Below, piece by piece: positions 19,381 through 29,343 of a stretch of DNA of 64,000 nucleotides. The position numbers and the translations under genes are program-made. The DNA is taken from positions 56,877 to 120,876 of the IMG/VR virus record IMGVR_UViG_3300035666_000005. One strand, written 5' to 3'. Below the pieces are notes generated by a model, which worked only from the letters and a program-made list of their open reading frames with translations, searched no databases and was not told the DNA's origin. Source of the DNA: a virus. Position 1 is the first letter of the stretch. Each line of letters begins with the position of its first letter.

Positions 19381-20232
19381 TTATGCTGGAGTTACTGGAG
19401 TTGAAGAAACTTCTTCAGTATTGATAGTTTCAATTTTTTCAACAACTACTTTTTCTTCAACTGTTTTTTCAGTAGAAACTATTTCAGTTTTTTCTTCGGC
19501 TTGGTCTTCAACAACAACTTCTTCAGATTCTTTAATTAAATTTTGATAAAAACTATCAAAGTCTTCTTCTGTTTCTACTTTACCTAAGAACCATAGAGTA
19601 ATTAAATAAGTTAAACGTCTTATAGCGATAAGATTAATATTGTTTTCACTATTTAAATCTTCAAAAATATCATATGAATTTAATTTTTCATCGAAAGTTT
19701 CTCCATCAAAAAATGAAACATATTCACCATTCTTTTCAGTATAAGAAGTAAATAATACCCACCATAAAATGGTACGATTACGGGCTTTCGCTTCCGCAGT
19801 GTTCTCAAAAATTGAAATTTGTGAAGATTCAAAACTTTGAATTTCTTTTCTAATTTCATCTAATTCAATAATAATTTCGTCTGAGCGTTTTTTTTCTGCT
19901 TCGGTTCTTTCGCTTTCAGTTTTTATTAAAATTGATTGTAATTCAAATGACGCGTCACGAAATTTTAGAAGAAGTTCTCCGTATACTTCTCTTTCTTTTT
20001 CACTAATACTTCCCCCGCCATTAGATAAAATAGTTCCCCATGCGGCTTTAGGTAAGACCCCAGCTTTGGCAAAACGTGAAACTTCTTTAGCGTAAAATAA
20101 TTCACCGTCTTCTTTTAGTTTACGGTTGGGTTTTAATAGGGCAAGCTTGGCTTTTTCTTCTACGGTTTCGCCATTATTTTTATTAACCTTATTGGTTACT
20201 TCAAATTTATACATCCACGTTTTGTTAGTCAT
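19381..20232 (-). CDS. Putative tail assembly chaperone
   Basis: Between tail tube and tape measure genes; coiled-coil with acidic tail. Confidence 0.45.
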   Translation of the reverse strand: MTNKTWMYKFEVTNKVNKNNGETVEEKAKLALLKPNRKLKEDGELFYAKEVSRFAKAGVLPKAAWGTILSNGGGSISEKEREVYGELLLKFRDASFELQSILIKTESERTEAEKKRSDEIIIELDEIRKEIQSFESSQISIFENTAEAKARNRTILWWVLFTSYTEKNGEYVSFFDGETFDEKLNSYDIFEDLNSENNINLIAIRRLTYLITLWFLGKVETEEDFDSFYQNLIKESEEVVVEDQAEEKTEIVSTEKTVEEKVVVEKIETINTEEVSSTPVTPA

Positions 20233-20241
20233 ATATTTATA

Positions 20242-20466
20242 TTATTTGTTTTTAAGTTTAAAATCAAAATTATCTAATTCTTCTTCTATATTTCTATAGC
20301 AGTTATTTCCATGATCAAGAACGCGTTTACGCATTCTTTGGAATTCCTCATCAGTAATTTTATCTTGATCTTTAAGGTCTTCTAAAGAATAAAGAAAACT
20401 TAAATATAATTTTTTTACGTCTCTATAAACGCAACCTTTTACAAAGTCATTTAAATCAATATTCAT
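20242..20466 (-). CDS. Small hypothetical protein (74 aa)
   Basis: Fits the operon; GTGTAA and AGGTAAAAGG motifs upstream. Confidence 0.6.
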   Translation of the reverse strand: MNIDLNDFVKGCVYRDVKKLYLSFLYSLEDLKDQDKITDEEFQRMRKRVLDHGNNCYRNIEEELDNFDFKLKNK

Positions 20467-20505
20467 CCTTTACAAACCTTTTACCTATTATTTCTTACAC
20501 TATAT

Positions 20506-20538
20506 AAAAAAAACGGGCACTCGAAAGTGCCCGTTTTT
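20506..20538 (-). terminator. Rho-independent terminator after the tail tube gene
   Basis: Minus strand ACGGGCACT-TTCG-AGTGCCCGT hairpin followed by a T-run. Confidence 0.9.
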
Positions 20539-20559
20539 AGATGAATAATTAATTTCTTA

Positions 20560-21663
20560 TTAAGAATTGAAAGAACCGGAAATAAAGACCCCTTTATTTA
20601 CATCTTGCGGTCCGCCCAACTGTACTTCGTAAGAAGCGGTCATTGTAGCATTATCACCGATTGCGCTCGAGAAACTTTGTGAAACAAGTTTAGCGCCTTT
20701 GAAAACATAGGCAAGAGCTGTAGGTTTATTGGCTTCGCAACCAGGTTCTTTCATCAAGATTGTAAATTCTTTTTCTGTTTCTCCGCAAAGAATATCAGCC
20801 AAATTACCATTGGCCAAATCTCCGACTTCAGCATTAACTTCAAGAGTTGCTGTTACTGGGAAATCAATCTCACGCGAAAAGGCAAAACGATTTCCAAGTT
20901 TTTGAAGTGGAGTACGAGAAAGATCAAACGAAAGTGTAAAATCTTGTACTTTTAAATCCGCTCCGTCAAAACCTAAAACTTTATTAGAATCTAAACTGAA
21001 AATAATATCGCCAGGTTGAAGGGCTGTAGGAATATCAGCGCCTGTGATACTTTGAGCAAGAGGCAATTTAAAAAATCTATCCGTTAAGTTGGCTCCGTCA
21101 ACAGGGTTAATAGCGGGAATCACTTCTTGACCAGTAGCATTTCCATAAACGCGAACATTTAAACCTTCAATTTCAACATCGGCTGTAGGAATTTCGCCAA
21201 CAGCGGCGCTAACACTATAAGAAGTTAAGAAACCATTACCTACGCCGATAACACCACTTTTAGATCCAGCGTATCCAGCAGCATCATTACCTTCTTCAAC
21301 GATTAAAAGATAGTAATTTTTTTCATCAGTAGCTTTCGTTAAAAGACCGGAAATACAAGAGCGTAAAGCGGAAGAATCGGTTCCAGTTCCATAAACATTT
21401 AAACCAAGATTTGTTTCATTTTGACCGTTTGTTAAATAATATGAAAAACTAGCTGTAACGTCAGGATTTTCAACTTCAATACGGTCAATAGCAGCCAAGT
21501 TTCCGAATTGGTTTACATCAGTAAAATTACGAGTAAAATCTTCGTCAAAACTTTGGACACGAGAAAGTTGCTTGATATCATTTGCGCCAGTTTGCATGCC
21601 AGTTGCACCAACTTGGCTTGCATAAAGGGCTAACACATTGTAAATTGTTCTATTTCTTGCCAT
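20560..21663 (-). CDS. Major tail tube protein (probable)
   Basis: Position after neck/terminator genes; beta-rich with two similar halves (LSRVQSF / LKVQDF); followed by a strong terminator. Confidence 0.7.
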   Translation of the reverse strand: MARNRTIYNVLALYASQVGATGMQTGANDIKQLSRVQSFDEDFTRNFTDVNQFGNLAAIDRIEVENPDVTASFSYYLTNGQNETNLGLNVYGTGTDSSALRSCISGLLTKATDEKNYYLLIVEEGNDAAGYAGSKSGVIGVGNGFLTSYSVSAAVGEIPTADVEIEGLNVRVYGNATGQEVIPAINPVDGANLTDRFFKLPLAQSITGADIPTALQPGDIIFSLDSNKVLGFDGADLKVQDFTLSFDLSRTPLQKLGNRFAFSREIDFPVTATLEVNAEVGDLANGNLADILCGETEKEFTILMKEPGCEANKPTALAYVFKGAKLVSQSFSSAIGDNATMTASYEVQLGGPQDVNKGVFISGSFNS

Positions 21664-21705
21664 ACTTATAATTACATTACATTCTTAAAGAAGACACTGT
21701 TTTTT

Positions 21706-22557
21706 TTAATAAATTCTTGGGTTTCTTATATCTGAAAGTTCAAAATCTATAAGTGCCGCAACACATTTTTTATTAATTTTTGCATTATCAATTTCGTCTA
21801 ATTTGGACACTGTTACACGGTCGATATGTACTAAATTGTAACGTGGTTGATTTTTACATAATTCTACATAATTAAAATTATTACCAGTTTTAAAATCACC
21901 AAAATAATTAAAAGGGAAATCATTGGGGCTTAATACTGGAAATACTTTTCTAGCGCTATCACTTAATACGGAAATAAGCCCGTCAAGAGAAAAACTATTA
22001 GAAGCTAATACAATACAACGAACCATTGTTTGAGTAGAATCTTCGCCGCCAAAAGCAAAAGGAACGTTTTCCCCCATCCGGTGTTTAATAAAAATACAAG
22101 GATATGGTGTATCTAAATAACCTAAAGCGCCAGTTACTTGTGTGACTTTTGGAGTAATATTATAAGCTTTTTCAAAAAGTAATTTTTCTTCACGCTCGTC
22201 TGTATAATAAATGCTGTACTCCTTAAAACTATAACGAGCAGTTACATTATTAAAATTAATTCCATTATTTAAAATTGCACGACCCTTATTAAAATCAATA
22301 TTTAAGCCACTAACCCCACGAGCCATATAATTTCCATTTACAAAAACTCCTGAAGGAATATTTACACTTGGAACGCTACTATCATAAACCCATTGACGAA
22401 ATGGCGCCCCATAAACAGAATTATTTGGAAAATTTGGATCTGGAGAATTATAAAGTTTTCCACTATAATTTATGAATGCCTCGCCGCGAGTTAAGATTTC
22501 ATGGTCTAGCCATAAATAAAAACTAGACATTAAATTTGTAATATAAGCCGCTTTCAT
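21706..22557 (-). CDS. Putative tail terminator/completion protein
   Basis: Immediately upstream of the tail tube gene; YPCIFI...VRCIVLA pattern is typical of tail terminators. Confidence 0.5.
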   Translation of the reverse strand: MKAAYITNLMSSFYLWLDHEILTRGEAFINYSGKLYNSPDPNFPNNSVYGAPFRQWVYDSSVPSVNIPSGVFVNGNYMARGVSGLNIDFNKGRAILNNGINFNNVTARYSFKEYSIYYTDEREEKLLFEKAYNITPKVTQVTGALGYLDTPYPCIFIKHRMGENVPFAFGGEDSTQTMVRCIVLASNSFSLDGLISVLSDSARKVFPVLSPNDFPFNYFGDFKTGNNFNYVELCKNQPRYNLVHIDRVTVSKLDEIDNAKINKKCVAALIDFELSDIRNPRIY

Positions 22558-23135
22558 TATTTAGCCCCCAGTCTTGTAAGAAATTTATTATACATATCAC
22601 TAAAATATCTTACATTTCTAAACCTACGATTTGAATAATTATATTTACTTTGAATACCACCACCAGAACGCGAATTCGCAAAACGGCCATATAAGTAGGC
22701 TCCCAATCCAGAAATTCCACGCTCAATATCTAATAACCAGCTACGACCACCCTCCCAAGGTAAACGACTGATTACAGCAAATTCTTCTTTTGATGGGATA
22801 TTTACTTTAAATTGGAATGTAGTCCCTTTATTTTTAATAAAATTACCCAAATTAATTTTTTGTATTAATAATTTTACTGGACCTGTTGGGTTTGACCCAT
22901 TATTAAAACCTAGAAAAGAAAATAAATTACCATAACCACCAAGAGTTCCTGATATATTAGATGCATTCTCTCCTCCGTCAAGTTCTTGTGTTACTGGGTG
23001 CGATTCAAACTCGGCTCTAAATAAAGCTTTTTCTTTTTCTACTTCTTTCTGAACAATATTTCTAACCATTCTTTGTACAGAGCGGCTTTCCAATATTTGT
23101 TTTTGAATAAGCTTTTTGTTAATTTTTCCAGCCAT
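22557..23135 (-). CDS. Putative neck/tail completion protein
   Basis: Basic protein in the head-tail joining block; position. Confidence 0.45.
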   Translation of the reverse strand: MAGKINKKLIQKQILESRSVQRMVRNIVQKEVEKEKALFRAEFESHPVTQELDGGENASNISGTLGGYGNLFSFLGFNNGSNPTGPVKLLIQKINLGNFIKNKGTTFQFKVNIPSKEEFAVISRLPWEGGRSWLLDIERGISGLGAYLYGRFANSRSGGGIQSKYNYSNRRFRNVRYFSDMYNKFLTRLGAK

Positions 23136-23566
23136 TACTCGCTCTCCTTAAAAAATAATGTATAAAAATCAATATTAAATAATCCATGAGGACGATTTGT
23201 ACCAAGGGCTTGAACTGGACGACCATCAATTTCAATACGTTCGGCATCACTAATAAAATCTACAAAATCTTTTTTCGCCTTAATGCGGCAAATATTACCA
23301 CGAACTTCTTCACGAATTTCTGGAAATCCACCCATTTTAGATGGATCTTGCCACTGAATGCGGCAATCAAATTTTCCGCTTACTGGAATATAAGTAATCT
23401 CAATTGATTCTTGTTCATTATATAGAAAATTGTAATTAGGATCGCTTGAAACAACTATCCGCTCTGGAGTTTTCCATGCCATAACGGGACGTGCAAACGT
23501 GTCATGCAAATTATTGAATTCATTTGCCAATGATAATTTTTCCGCATCTGAAACAAAACTTGGCAT
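23135..23566 (-). CDS. Putative head closure (stopper) protein
   Basis: 143 aa, beta-rich C-terminus (RIEIDGRPV...FYTLFF); canonical position. Confidence 0.5.
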   Translation of the reverse strand: MPSFVSDAEKLSLANEFNNLHDTFARPVMAWKTPERIVVSSDPNYNFLYNEQESIEITYIPVSGKFDCRIQWQDPSKMGGFPEIREEVRGNICRIKAKKDFVDFISDAERIEIDGRPVQALGTNRPHGLFNIDFYTLFFKESE

Positions 23567-23567
23567 A

Positions 23568-24101
23568 TTAATTTAGTGTTCTTTGATATTCTTGAATTAT
23601 ATAATGTGAAATGCCTTCGGTATCATCTCCAGCAATTTGATCGGGAATTGCATTATATTTTAAGTACATTTTTACAGTTTTATCTAATTCCGCTTTGCAG
23701 TCTTGAGCTAAACCCCTAAAGTTTTTAGATATTTCATTTTTATTAATTTTTGTAATAGTGCTATCGCCCTCTTTTAAAGTAGTCCAATCACTACCAATAG
23801 TTGCAGAACTTTTTGCCAAGTTTCTAGACTGGTTTTTTAAAAAATCGCAATCAAATATTATTTTATAAATAGCTAATTGATCATTGTTTGGTTCTGGGGT
23901 AATACCATAACCAGTAATAAGATTTTGTTCATTTTTATAGGCAACTCCAGAAAAAGATGTACCTATTAAATTATTTAGTTTCCCTAAATTAGAGTTATCT
24001 ATAAACCAAGAAGTCAACCGTGCTGGTGTATAATCTATAGGCTCTCCTAAATCATAATAAACGTTAGTAACAAATTGTGTTAAATAATCTTGACAGTTCA
24101 C
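23568..24101 (-). CDS. Putative head-tail adaptor
   Basis: Position after the capsid genes; TLKEGDSTIT hairpin-like motif seen in adaptors. Confidence 0.5.
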   Translation of the reverse strand: MNCQDYLTQFVTNVYYDLGEPIDYTPARLTSWFIDNSNLGKLNNLIGTSFSGVAYKNEQNLITGYGITPEPNNDQLAIYKIIFDCDFLKNQSRNLAKSSATIGSDWTTLKEGDSTITKINKNEISKNFRGLAQDCKAELDKTVKMYLKYNAIPDQIAGDDTEGISHYIIQEYQRTLN

Positions 24102-24120
24102 ACATTATTTTACACAAAAA

Positions 24121-24498
24121 TTAGGCACCTTCTCTTAAGATCTTTTTGGCTTTAGCGTCTAAATCATCAACGGATTTAACTTGGCCAGTAGCGACATTAC
24201 TACCATAACGTGAATTCCATTTTACAAACTCTTGGGCTAAACGATCTGTAAGAACTTTTCTATCTGGCGTGGGAACTAGTCCGATCTTATATGCATGTGC
24301 TTGTAAATCAGTCATATTCATTTCAGCTAATTGTCCACGATATTCTTCTGAGCTATTAGCCGTGTATATAGAAAGAGTTTCTCCCAAAATTTCATCTAAA
24401 GAAGAGGGTTGTTTTTGAACTTTTTCTTCTTTTCCGTGTACTTGTAACATTTCTTTTTTTGAAGGGCGTCCTCTTTTCTTTTTAGGTTGAGTATTCAT
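24121..24498 (-). CDS. Hypothetical protein with N-terminal AT-hook-like motif (KKKRGRPSK)
   Basis: RGRP motif; lies downstream of the major capsid gene. Confidence 0.55.
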   Translation of the reverse strand: MNTQPKKKRGRPSKKEMLQVHGKEEKVQKQPSSLDEILGETLSIYTANSSEEYRGQLAEMNMTDLQAHAYKIGLVPTPDRKVLTDRLAQEFVKWNSRYGSNVATGQVKSVDDLDAKAKKILREGA

Positions 24499-24542
24499 CT
24501 TAAATATTATATTATTTTATATAATAATAATCTAATTTTTAT

Positions 24543-24569
24543 AAAAAAAGAGCCACCCTTTCGGGTGGC
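24543..24569 (-). terminator. Rho-independent terminator after the major capsid gene
   Basis: Minus strand GCCACCC-GAAA-GGGTGGC followed by TCTTTTTTT. Confidence 0.9.
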
Positions 24570-24595
24570 CCTTAATTTTTAAACTACTAGTTTAA

Positions 24596-25720
24596 TTATA
24601 CAATTAAACCAACAGCGGCACGAGCGTCAACAGCTACGCGGCCTTCTTCTACATAACTGTAGAAACCAACTTTTTGGCTACGAGCCAAGAATTGATCGTC
24701 AGGAAGAACCTTGACTTGACCACGGCTTTCGCTTTGGATTGCGACTGGGCGCAAGAAAGCGTTACGGCTAGCGTCGATACCGAGGATTAACTCGTCGTCA
24801 GCGCTTGTGAATGTTGTTCCACCAGTTAGGCCATATTCATTGAATTGTGTTGTACCAGCGAAGGTATCGAACAAGTCGTTATATTTGCGGCCCGCACCGA
24901 GTTCAAGCAATTCATGAATTGTTACGCCGAAGATTTCGTTCGTACCAGCGGCACGATAGATTTCTTCACGAACGCTGTCAGGAAGAGCTACCGAAGTAGC
25001 ACCACTTGTAGTAACAGCACCAGAACGGGTGTTCATTGGCTGATAAGCGAACGCACGAATTTGTTCTTTGACTTCTGGGCTTACGAAGATGTCGGTCAAG
25101 CCACGGCTCTGAAGAGCTTGTGGCGTACCGCCTGTGTAAGCAGCATTAAGTCTACGGACTAAAGTCCAAAGTTTATTCATGTCGTCGAGTTGGAAGGTAT
25201 CCTGAGTACCGACACGGAAAACGTGTTTAGTACTGTTTGTGGAAGCTTCGGCCAAGAGTTTGAGAATAACAGCCCAAGCATTACGTTCTTGTTTTACAAG
25301 AATTTCATTGGCCATACGTTCTAAACCAGCGGCTACAACGTCGAGACGTGCTCTACGAACATAACGCTTGTCCATACTGATTGCACTGTCAAGACGATAG
25401 GTATTAACCTTCATTTCTTGCATGCCTTGGACAAAGTTTGTAGGAAGTCCACCGCCAACAGTTTGTGACCAAACGCTGATGTGTCCTTCATTAAGACCAT
25501 AGTATAAGTCGAGAGGAATCGATGGGGAATCGTCTTCGTCAAATTCTACGTCACGATAAATCATTGAAGCAGTACCGGCTTGTAAGAGAACTTGCTGAAC
25601 AACATCACTGATGAATGCAGCAAAAGCTTCTTGAGCTTCTACAGCTACAGTTTTGTTGTCTGAAGCAAGAGCCTTGATAAGCTCGATTTGCTCAGGATTT
25701 TTGTCGAATTGAATTTTCAT
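24596..25720 (-). CDS. Major capsid protein (HK97-like fold, probable)
   Basis: 374 aa following protease-scaffold and decoration genes; higher GC suggesting high-expression codon bias; capsid-like C-terminus (VGFYSYVEEGRVAVDARAAVGLIV); strong terminator. Confidence 0.85.
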   Translation of the reverse strand: MKIQFDKNPEQIELIKALASDNKTVAVEAQEAFAAFISDVVQQVLLQAGTASMIYRDVEFDEDDSPSIPLDLYYGLNEGHISVWSQTVGGGLPTNFVQGMQEMKVNTYRLDSAISMDKRYVRRARLDVVAAGLERMANEILVKQERNAWAVILKLLAEASTNSTKHVFRVGTQDTFQLDDMNKLWTLVRRLNAAYTGGTPQALQSRGLTDIFVSPEVKEQIRAFAYQPMNTRSGAVTTSGATSVALPDSVREEIYRAAGTNEIFGVTIHELLELGAGRKYNDLFDTFAGTTQFNEYGLTGGTTFTSADDELILGIDASRNAFLRPVAIQSESRGQVKVLPDDQFLARSQKVGFYSYVEEGRVAVDARAAVGLIV

Positions 25721-25746
25721 ATTTTTTATAATTTCTTTCTAATTGA

Positions 25747-26283
25747 TTAGAGTTCTACCTTGAGTAAAGCATATCCTTCGTCGTTTTTAGGTCCGAGGAA
25801 TTTACCAACTGTTGCGCTGCCATAGGCAACTACTTTAAGGTCTCCACCGCCAGCGTCGGAAACAGCTGCGCCGCTACCGAATCCTGGGGTGCCAACAATA
25901 CCGTTAACAAGAACAAGACCCTTCGTAAGAATAGGACATGCTTGACCACTGATGATGACATCCATCTCAGCTGCCTTGCGTGGGTTGAAAATTAATTGTT
26001 CACCGTTCTCATCAACTTTGCGAACGTCTTTGAGCAATAATCCAACGATTGCACCTTTAGCTGCGCCAGAAGCGGCTGGGCTAACAGTCCAAGGAACATT
26101 GAATTGTGCTGAAAGAGTATTCCCGTAGGATGAGAGGTTATCTAAAGATGAAGCGTCTTTGAGATTAACACCATTGCTGTCGGCTGTAACTACAGTACCT
26201 TTATTGGCACTTACGGCATTGACGGCGAAAAGGTTAATAACATCATGCTCATCATAATCTCTGAATGGTTTTAAATTTGCCAT
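25747..26283 (-). CDS. Putative capsid decoration/cement protein
   Basis: Gly/Ala/Val-rich 178 aa between scaffold and major capsid genes. Confidence 0.6.
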   Translation of the reverse strand: MANLKPFRDYDEHDVINLFAVNAVSANKGTVVTADSNGVNLKDASSLDNLSSYGNTLSAQFNVPWTVSPAASGAAKGAIVGLLLKDVRKVDENGEQLIFNPRKAAEMDVIISGQACPILTKGLVLVNGIVGTPGFGSGAAVSDAGGGDLKVVAYGSATVGKFLGPKNDEGYALLKVEL

Positions 26284-26305
26284 AATATTTTTTTCTTTCT
26301 TTTAT

Positions 26306-28126
26306 TTATTTGATTTTTACGCTATTTTTATTGAAAGCGGCACCGATTTTTTCAACCAGTGACACTTCTTGAGGAGAGGAAGCGTTTGGAAGGACTTCTT
26401 CCGTTACCTCTGCACTCGAAATTACTTCTTCTACAGTTTTTTCTTCGCTAGCTACAACTTCGGAAGTTTCGGAAGCTTTTTCTTCTTTTACTTCTTCCTT
26501 CATTTCTTCTTTTTTGTACTCAGCTTTAGCGGCTTTCTTTTTAGCGGCTGCGAATGTAGAGAACTTCTTATACCATTTTTCGAACTGTTCGTCGTTTTCA
26601 ATGGCGTTTAAATCTTCTGCGATGATACTACGATCTTCATCAGTAAGATCGAACTCTTCATCAAGCAAGGCCATACGGCGTTGGAAATTGGCTTCAATTT
26701 CTTTAGCTTTGAGGTCTTCTTGAATCTTCGTGAATTCTTCTTTTACTTTTTCACTATCAGCCTTGATTGCTTCGAGATCTGTTTTCAATGTTGAAATTTG
26801 ATCTTCGGCAGCTTTAAGTGCTGTTTCTTTTTCTTCAACTTTTGATTTCCATTCTTGGGCAAGTTCTGCAATACGATTCGAAATAAATTCACGAACAGCA
26901 CTAGCAGCAACTTCCTTGATGGAATCGTCCGTAATATCATCAATATTTTTTAGTTGCATATTATTTTTTACATTATTATTTTCTTCAGGGACACTTTTTT
27001 TATTCATTTTAATTTCAGAAGACTCTACTTCATTTTCTTCTTCATCATCTTCTTCTTCAATTTCTTCATAATCTTCACTACCACATTTGGGGCAAACTTC
27101 GGCTTCAGAGCCTTTGTATCCGCATTTAGCGCAAACATATTTTTCTTCTTCGGCTTTAACAGTTTCTTCTATTTGCGGCTTATCATAAGAAATAACTACA
27201 CCACTAACTTCGGCGGCTGGAGTATTGGTAAAACCAATTCCTAATGGAAGAACATTTCCTTGAAGATTTAAAAGAACCATCTCACCATCTTCAGTGAATC
27301 CGTTTCCACCAAATACTTTAAGGCGATCTTTTAATTCTACAATATCTTCTTCTTTCTCAATAATAGTTGCATCTGCTAAATTTTTATTACCTTTAGCAAC
27401 ATTAAATTCATTGAACCCGAGTTCCCAACTTGCACTAACAGAAAGATATTTATTAGAAGATGGGTCGCTACTCTCAACGAGTTCTGAAGCAAAATCAGGA
27501 TTTACAATTTTCCATACATATCCAGAAAGAACTACATTAAACGGATCTTTCATCGCTTTAACCTCTTCCAAAGTCAAAGGTTTGCTACTCCCAAATTCGC
27601 TGAAGCCGTATCCAGTACAAACACCAACAACGACTTTACGGTTATGTTCAATATTAAAAGGCTTATTAATAAAATTTTCAACCATTGCTAGTGCAACGTC
27701 TGTACTAATAATGTGTCCATTTTTATTTCCGCGATTAACAACGAAAGCATCAAAAGCAACGCCCATCAAATCACGATTCACATCAAGATCAACATTCTTA
27801 GGAAGATATTCTTTTAATTGGTCAACAGATGCCACTGCTAAATATTTGTCCTCGTCAGATGAAACCATCGCCTGAACTATAATCCCGTCAAAACGAATTG
27901 AATATTTAAAATCTTTCATTGTATCCATTGGTAAATTTACACTTTGTTCTTCTAATAGGGCAACATTTTTGAGTTTGTTGCTAATAACAATTTTATTGTT
28001 TTCAAATTTATCTAGCTCCATAGCGCACAAAGAGATAGGGCGCGAGAAAGAAAAAAGTAAATCGGACAAGTCAAACCCAGTTAAGGAGTCAACATTTTTT
28101 ACTGGCTCATCATCGTAAGTCGGCAT
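26306..28126 (-). CDS. Prohead protease fused to scaffold
   Basis: FINKPFNIEH, SASWEL and GIGFTNTPAA protease-type motifs; CxxC...CxxC linker; long acidic coiled-coil C-terminus. Confidence 0.8.
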   Translation of the reverse strand: MPTYDDEPVKNVDSLTGFDLSDLLFSFSRPISLCAMELDKFENNKIVISNKLKNVALLEEQSVNLPMDTMKDFKYSIRFDGIIVQAMVSSDEDKYLAVASVDQLKEYLPKNVDLDVNRDLMGVAFDAFVVNRGNKNGHIISTDVALAMVENFINKPFNIEHNRKVVVGVCTGYGFSEFGSSKPLTLEEVKAMKDPFNVVLSGYVWKIVNPDFASELVESSDPSSNKYLSVSASWELGFNEFNVAKGNKNLADATIIEKEEDIVELKDRLKVFGGNGFTEDGEMVLLNLQGNVLPLGIGFTNTPAAEVSGVVISYDKPQIEETVKAEEEKYVCAKCGYKGSEAEVCPKCGSEDYEEIEEEDDEEENEVESSEIKMNKKSVPEENNNVKNNMQLKNIDDITDDSIKEVAASAVREFISNRIAELAQEWKSKVEEKETALKAAEDQISTLKTDLEAIKADSEKVKEEFTKIQEDLKAKEIEANFQRRMALLDEEFDLTDEDRSIIAEDLNAIENDEQFEKWYKKFSTFAAAKKKAAKAEYKKEEMKEEVKEEKASETSEVVASEEKTVEEVISSAEVTEEVLPNASSPQEVSLVEKIGAAFNKNSVKIK

Positions 28127-28169
28127 TTTATTATTATAAATACATTACACTAATTTTTATAATTTATAA

Positions 28170-28865
28170 TTATAATCTTGCTGCTTGGATATGCATCGCA
28201 TCCATATTTCTTTCTTTTAACAAACTAACCCAGCCTTCAGATTCTACAATTTTCCAAAAATCATTATAAACCGGTTTTGCAAAAGATGCCTTATCTTTCC
28301 CCCATTTTAATTGATTATTATCTGGATCTAAATCAATTGCCGCTCCCCAGCTATGTATGCTCCAAGCTGATCCCCCGCGCATACGACGAACATTTAAACA
28401 CCCGCCAAAAATATCTAAACGCAATTTAGATATTTCTTTTTCGCCATATATTTTCAATGTATTTTCAAAAATTGTATAAAGTGATTTCGAAACTTTTTCA
28501 TGACAAGTAATTCGTGTTAATGTTGTCGATGGTGCCCATGCTAATTTAAGTTTATATGGAAGATCTAGTTTAGTTTGATTTTCACCGACTGGTCCATAAA
28601 AATTAACCATACTTGTATAATTTTGTTTTGGCCATTTTTGAGAAAGTGGCGTATTGTTAGAAATATTAGTTACAAGTTTCCAAGTTTTCGGACCTACAAC
28701 CCCATCTGGTTTTAAACCATTTTTAAGTTGAAATTTTATAGTCTCCCGTTCAGTTGCTGGACCAAAAGCCCCGTCAACATAAGGAATTTTATAACCAGCG
28801 CTCTGCAAAAACAATTGCCATTGTTTTACTTCTTCACTCACATCTCCTTTTTGTAAAACTTTCAT
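28170..28865 (-). CDS. Endolysin: peptidoglycan-binding domain plus M15-family peptidase
   Basis: DGAFGPAT...FQ...DGVVGPKTW (PG_binding_1); R...SIHSWGAAID...MH zinc-peptidase motifs. Confidence 0.9.
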   Translation of the reverse strand: MKVLQKGDVSEEVKQWQLFLQSAGYKIPYVDGAFGPATERETIKFQLKNGLKPDGVVGPKTWKLVTNISNNTPLSQKWPKQNYTSMVNFYGPVGENQTKLDLPYKLKLAWAPSTTLTRITCHEKVSKSLYTIFENTLKIYGEKEISKLRLDIFGGCLNVRRMRGGSAWSIHSWGAAIDLDPDNNQLKWGKDKASFAKPVYNDFWKIVESEGWVSLLKERNMDAMHIQAARL

Positions 28866-28869
28866 ATTA

Positions 28870-29343
28870 TTACCCTTCTTGATTAAACACCCAATCTATT
28901 GGGGCATATGATAGGTCATTTTTATATTTTTCAGCATAGACAACCGTTTGTTCTTCAATAATTTTTTCTTCACGTTGCTCAGATGTCAATACAGAATCTA
29001 AATTTGTGTTAGAGCTGCTGGCAAAACGAAAATCAGCAACAGTTTGAACGCCCAAGTAAGCTGCGATAATAATCGCAAAAACTTCTATTGTTTTTGAAAA
29101 AATTTGAACATAGCCAGCTATAAGCTCATTCCCTTTTGGTAAAAAAAACAAAACCGCAACAGAAATTATATAAAATAACATCAAACTAATAAATGATGTG
29201 AAGGCTATAAAAAATTTTTTAGATGCAAAGTGGTTTTCATTACGCATTGCTTTATACAATTCTATAGAAGTTCCTGGCGGCGCTTTGCTAGAGCTTAAAA
29301 ACGCTCCAGCTGATTTAAATAAATTAGTTATATTAGTCCACAT
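28870..29343 (-). CDS. Putative holin
   Basis: Two hydrophobic helices, SKKF motif before the first, adjacent to the endolysin. Confidence 0.6.
   Translation of the reverse strand: MWTNITNLFKSAGAFLSSSKAPPGTSIELYKAMRNENHFASKKFFIAFTSFISLMLFYIISVAVLFFLPKGNELIAGYVQIFSKTIEVFAIIIAAYLGVQTVADFRFASSSNTNLDSVLTSEQREEKIIEEQTVVYAEKYKNDLSYAPIDWVFNQEG

Noticed and set aside
19340-19560. Programmed -1 frameshift between tail chaperone genes
   Set aside because: A-runs are present but I found no in-frame X XXY YYZ heptamer, and the second gene has its own GTG start 1 nt after the stop. Not fully excluded.
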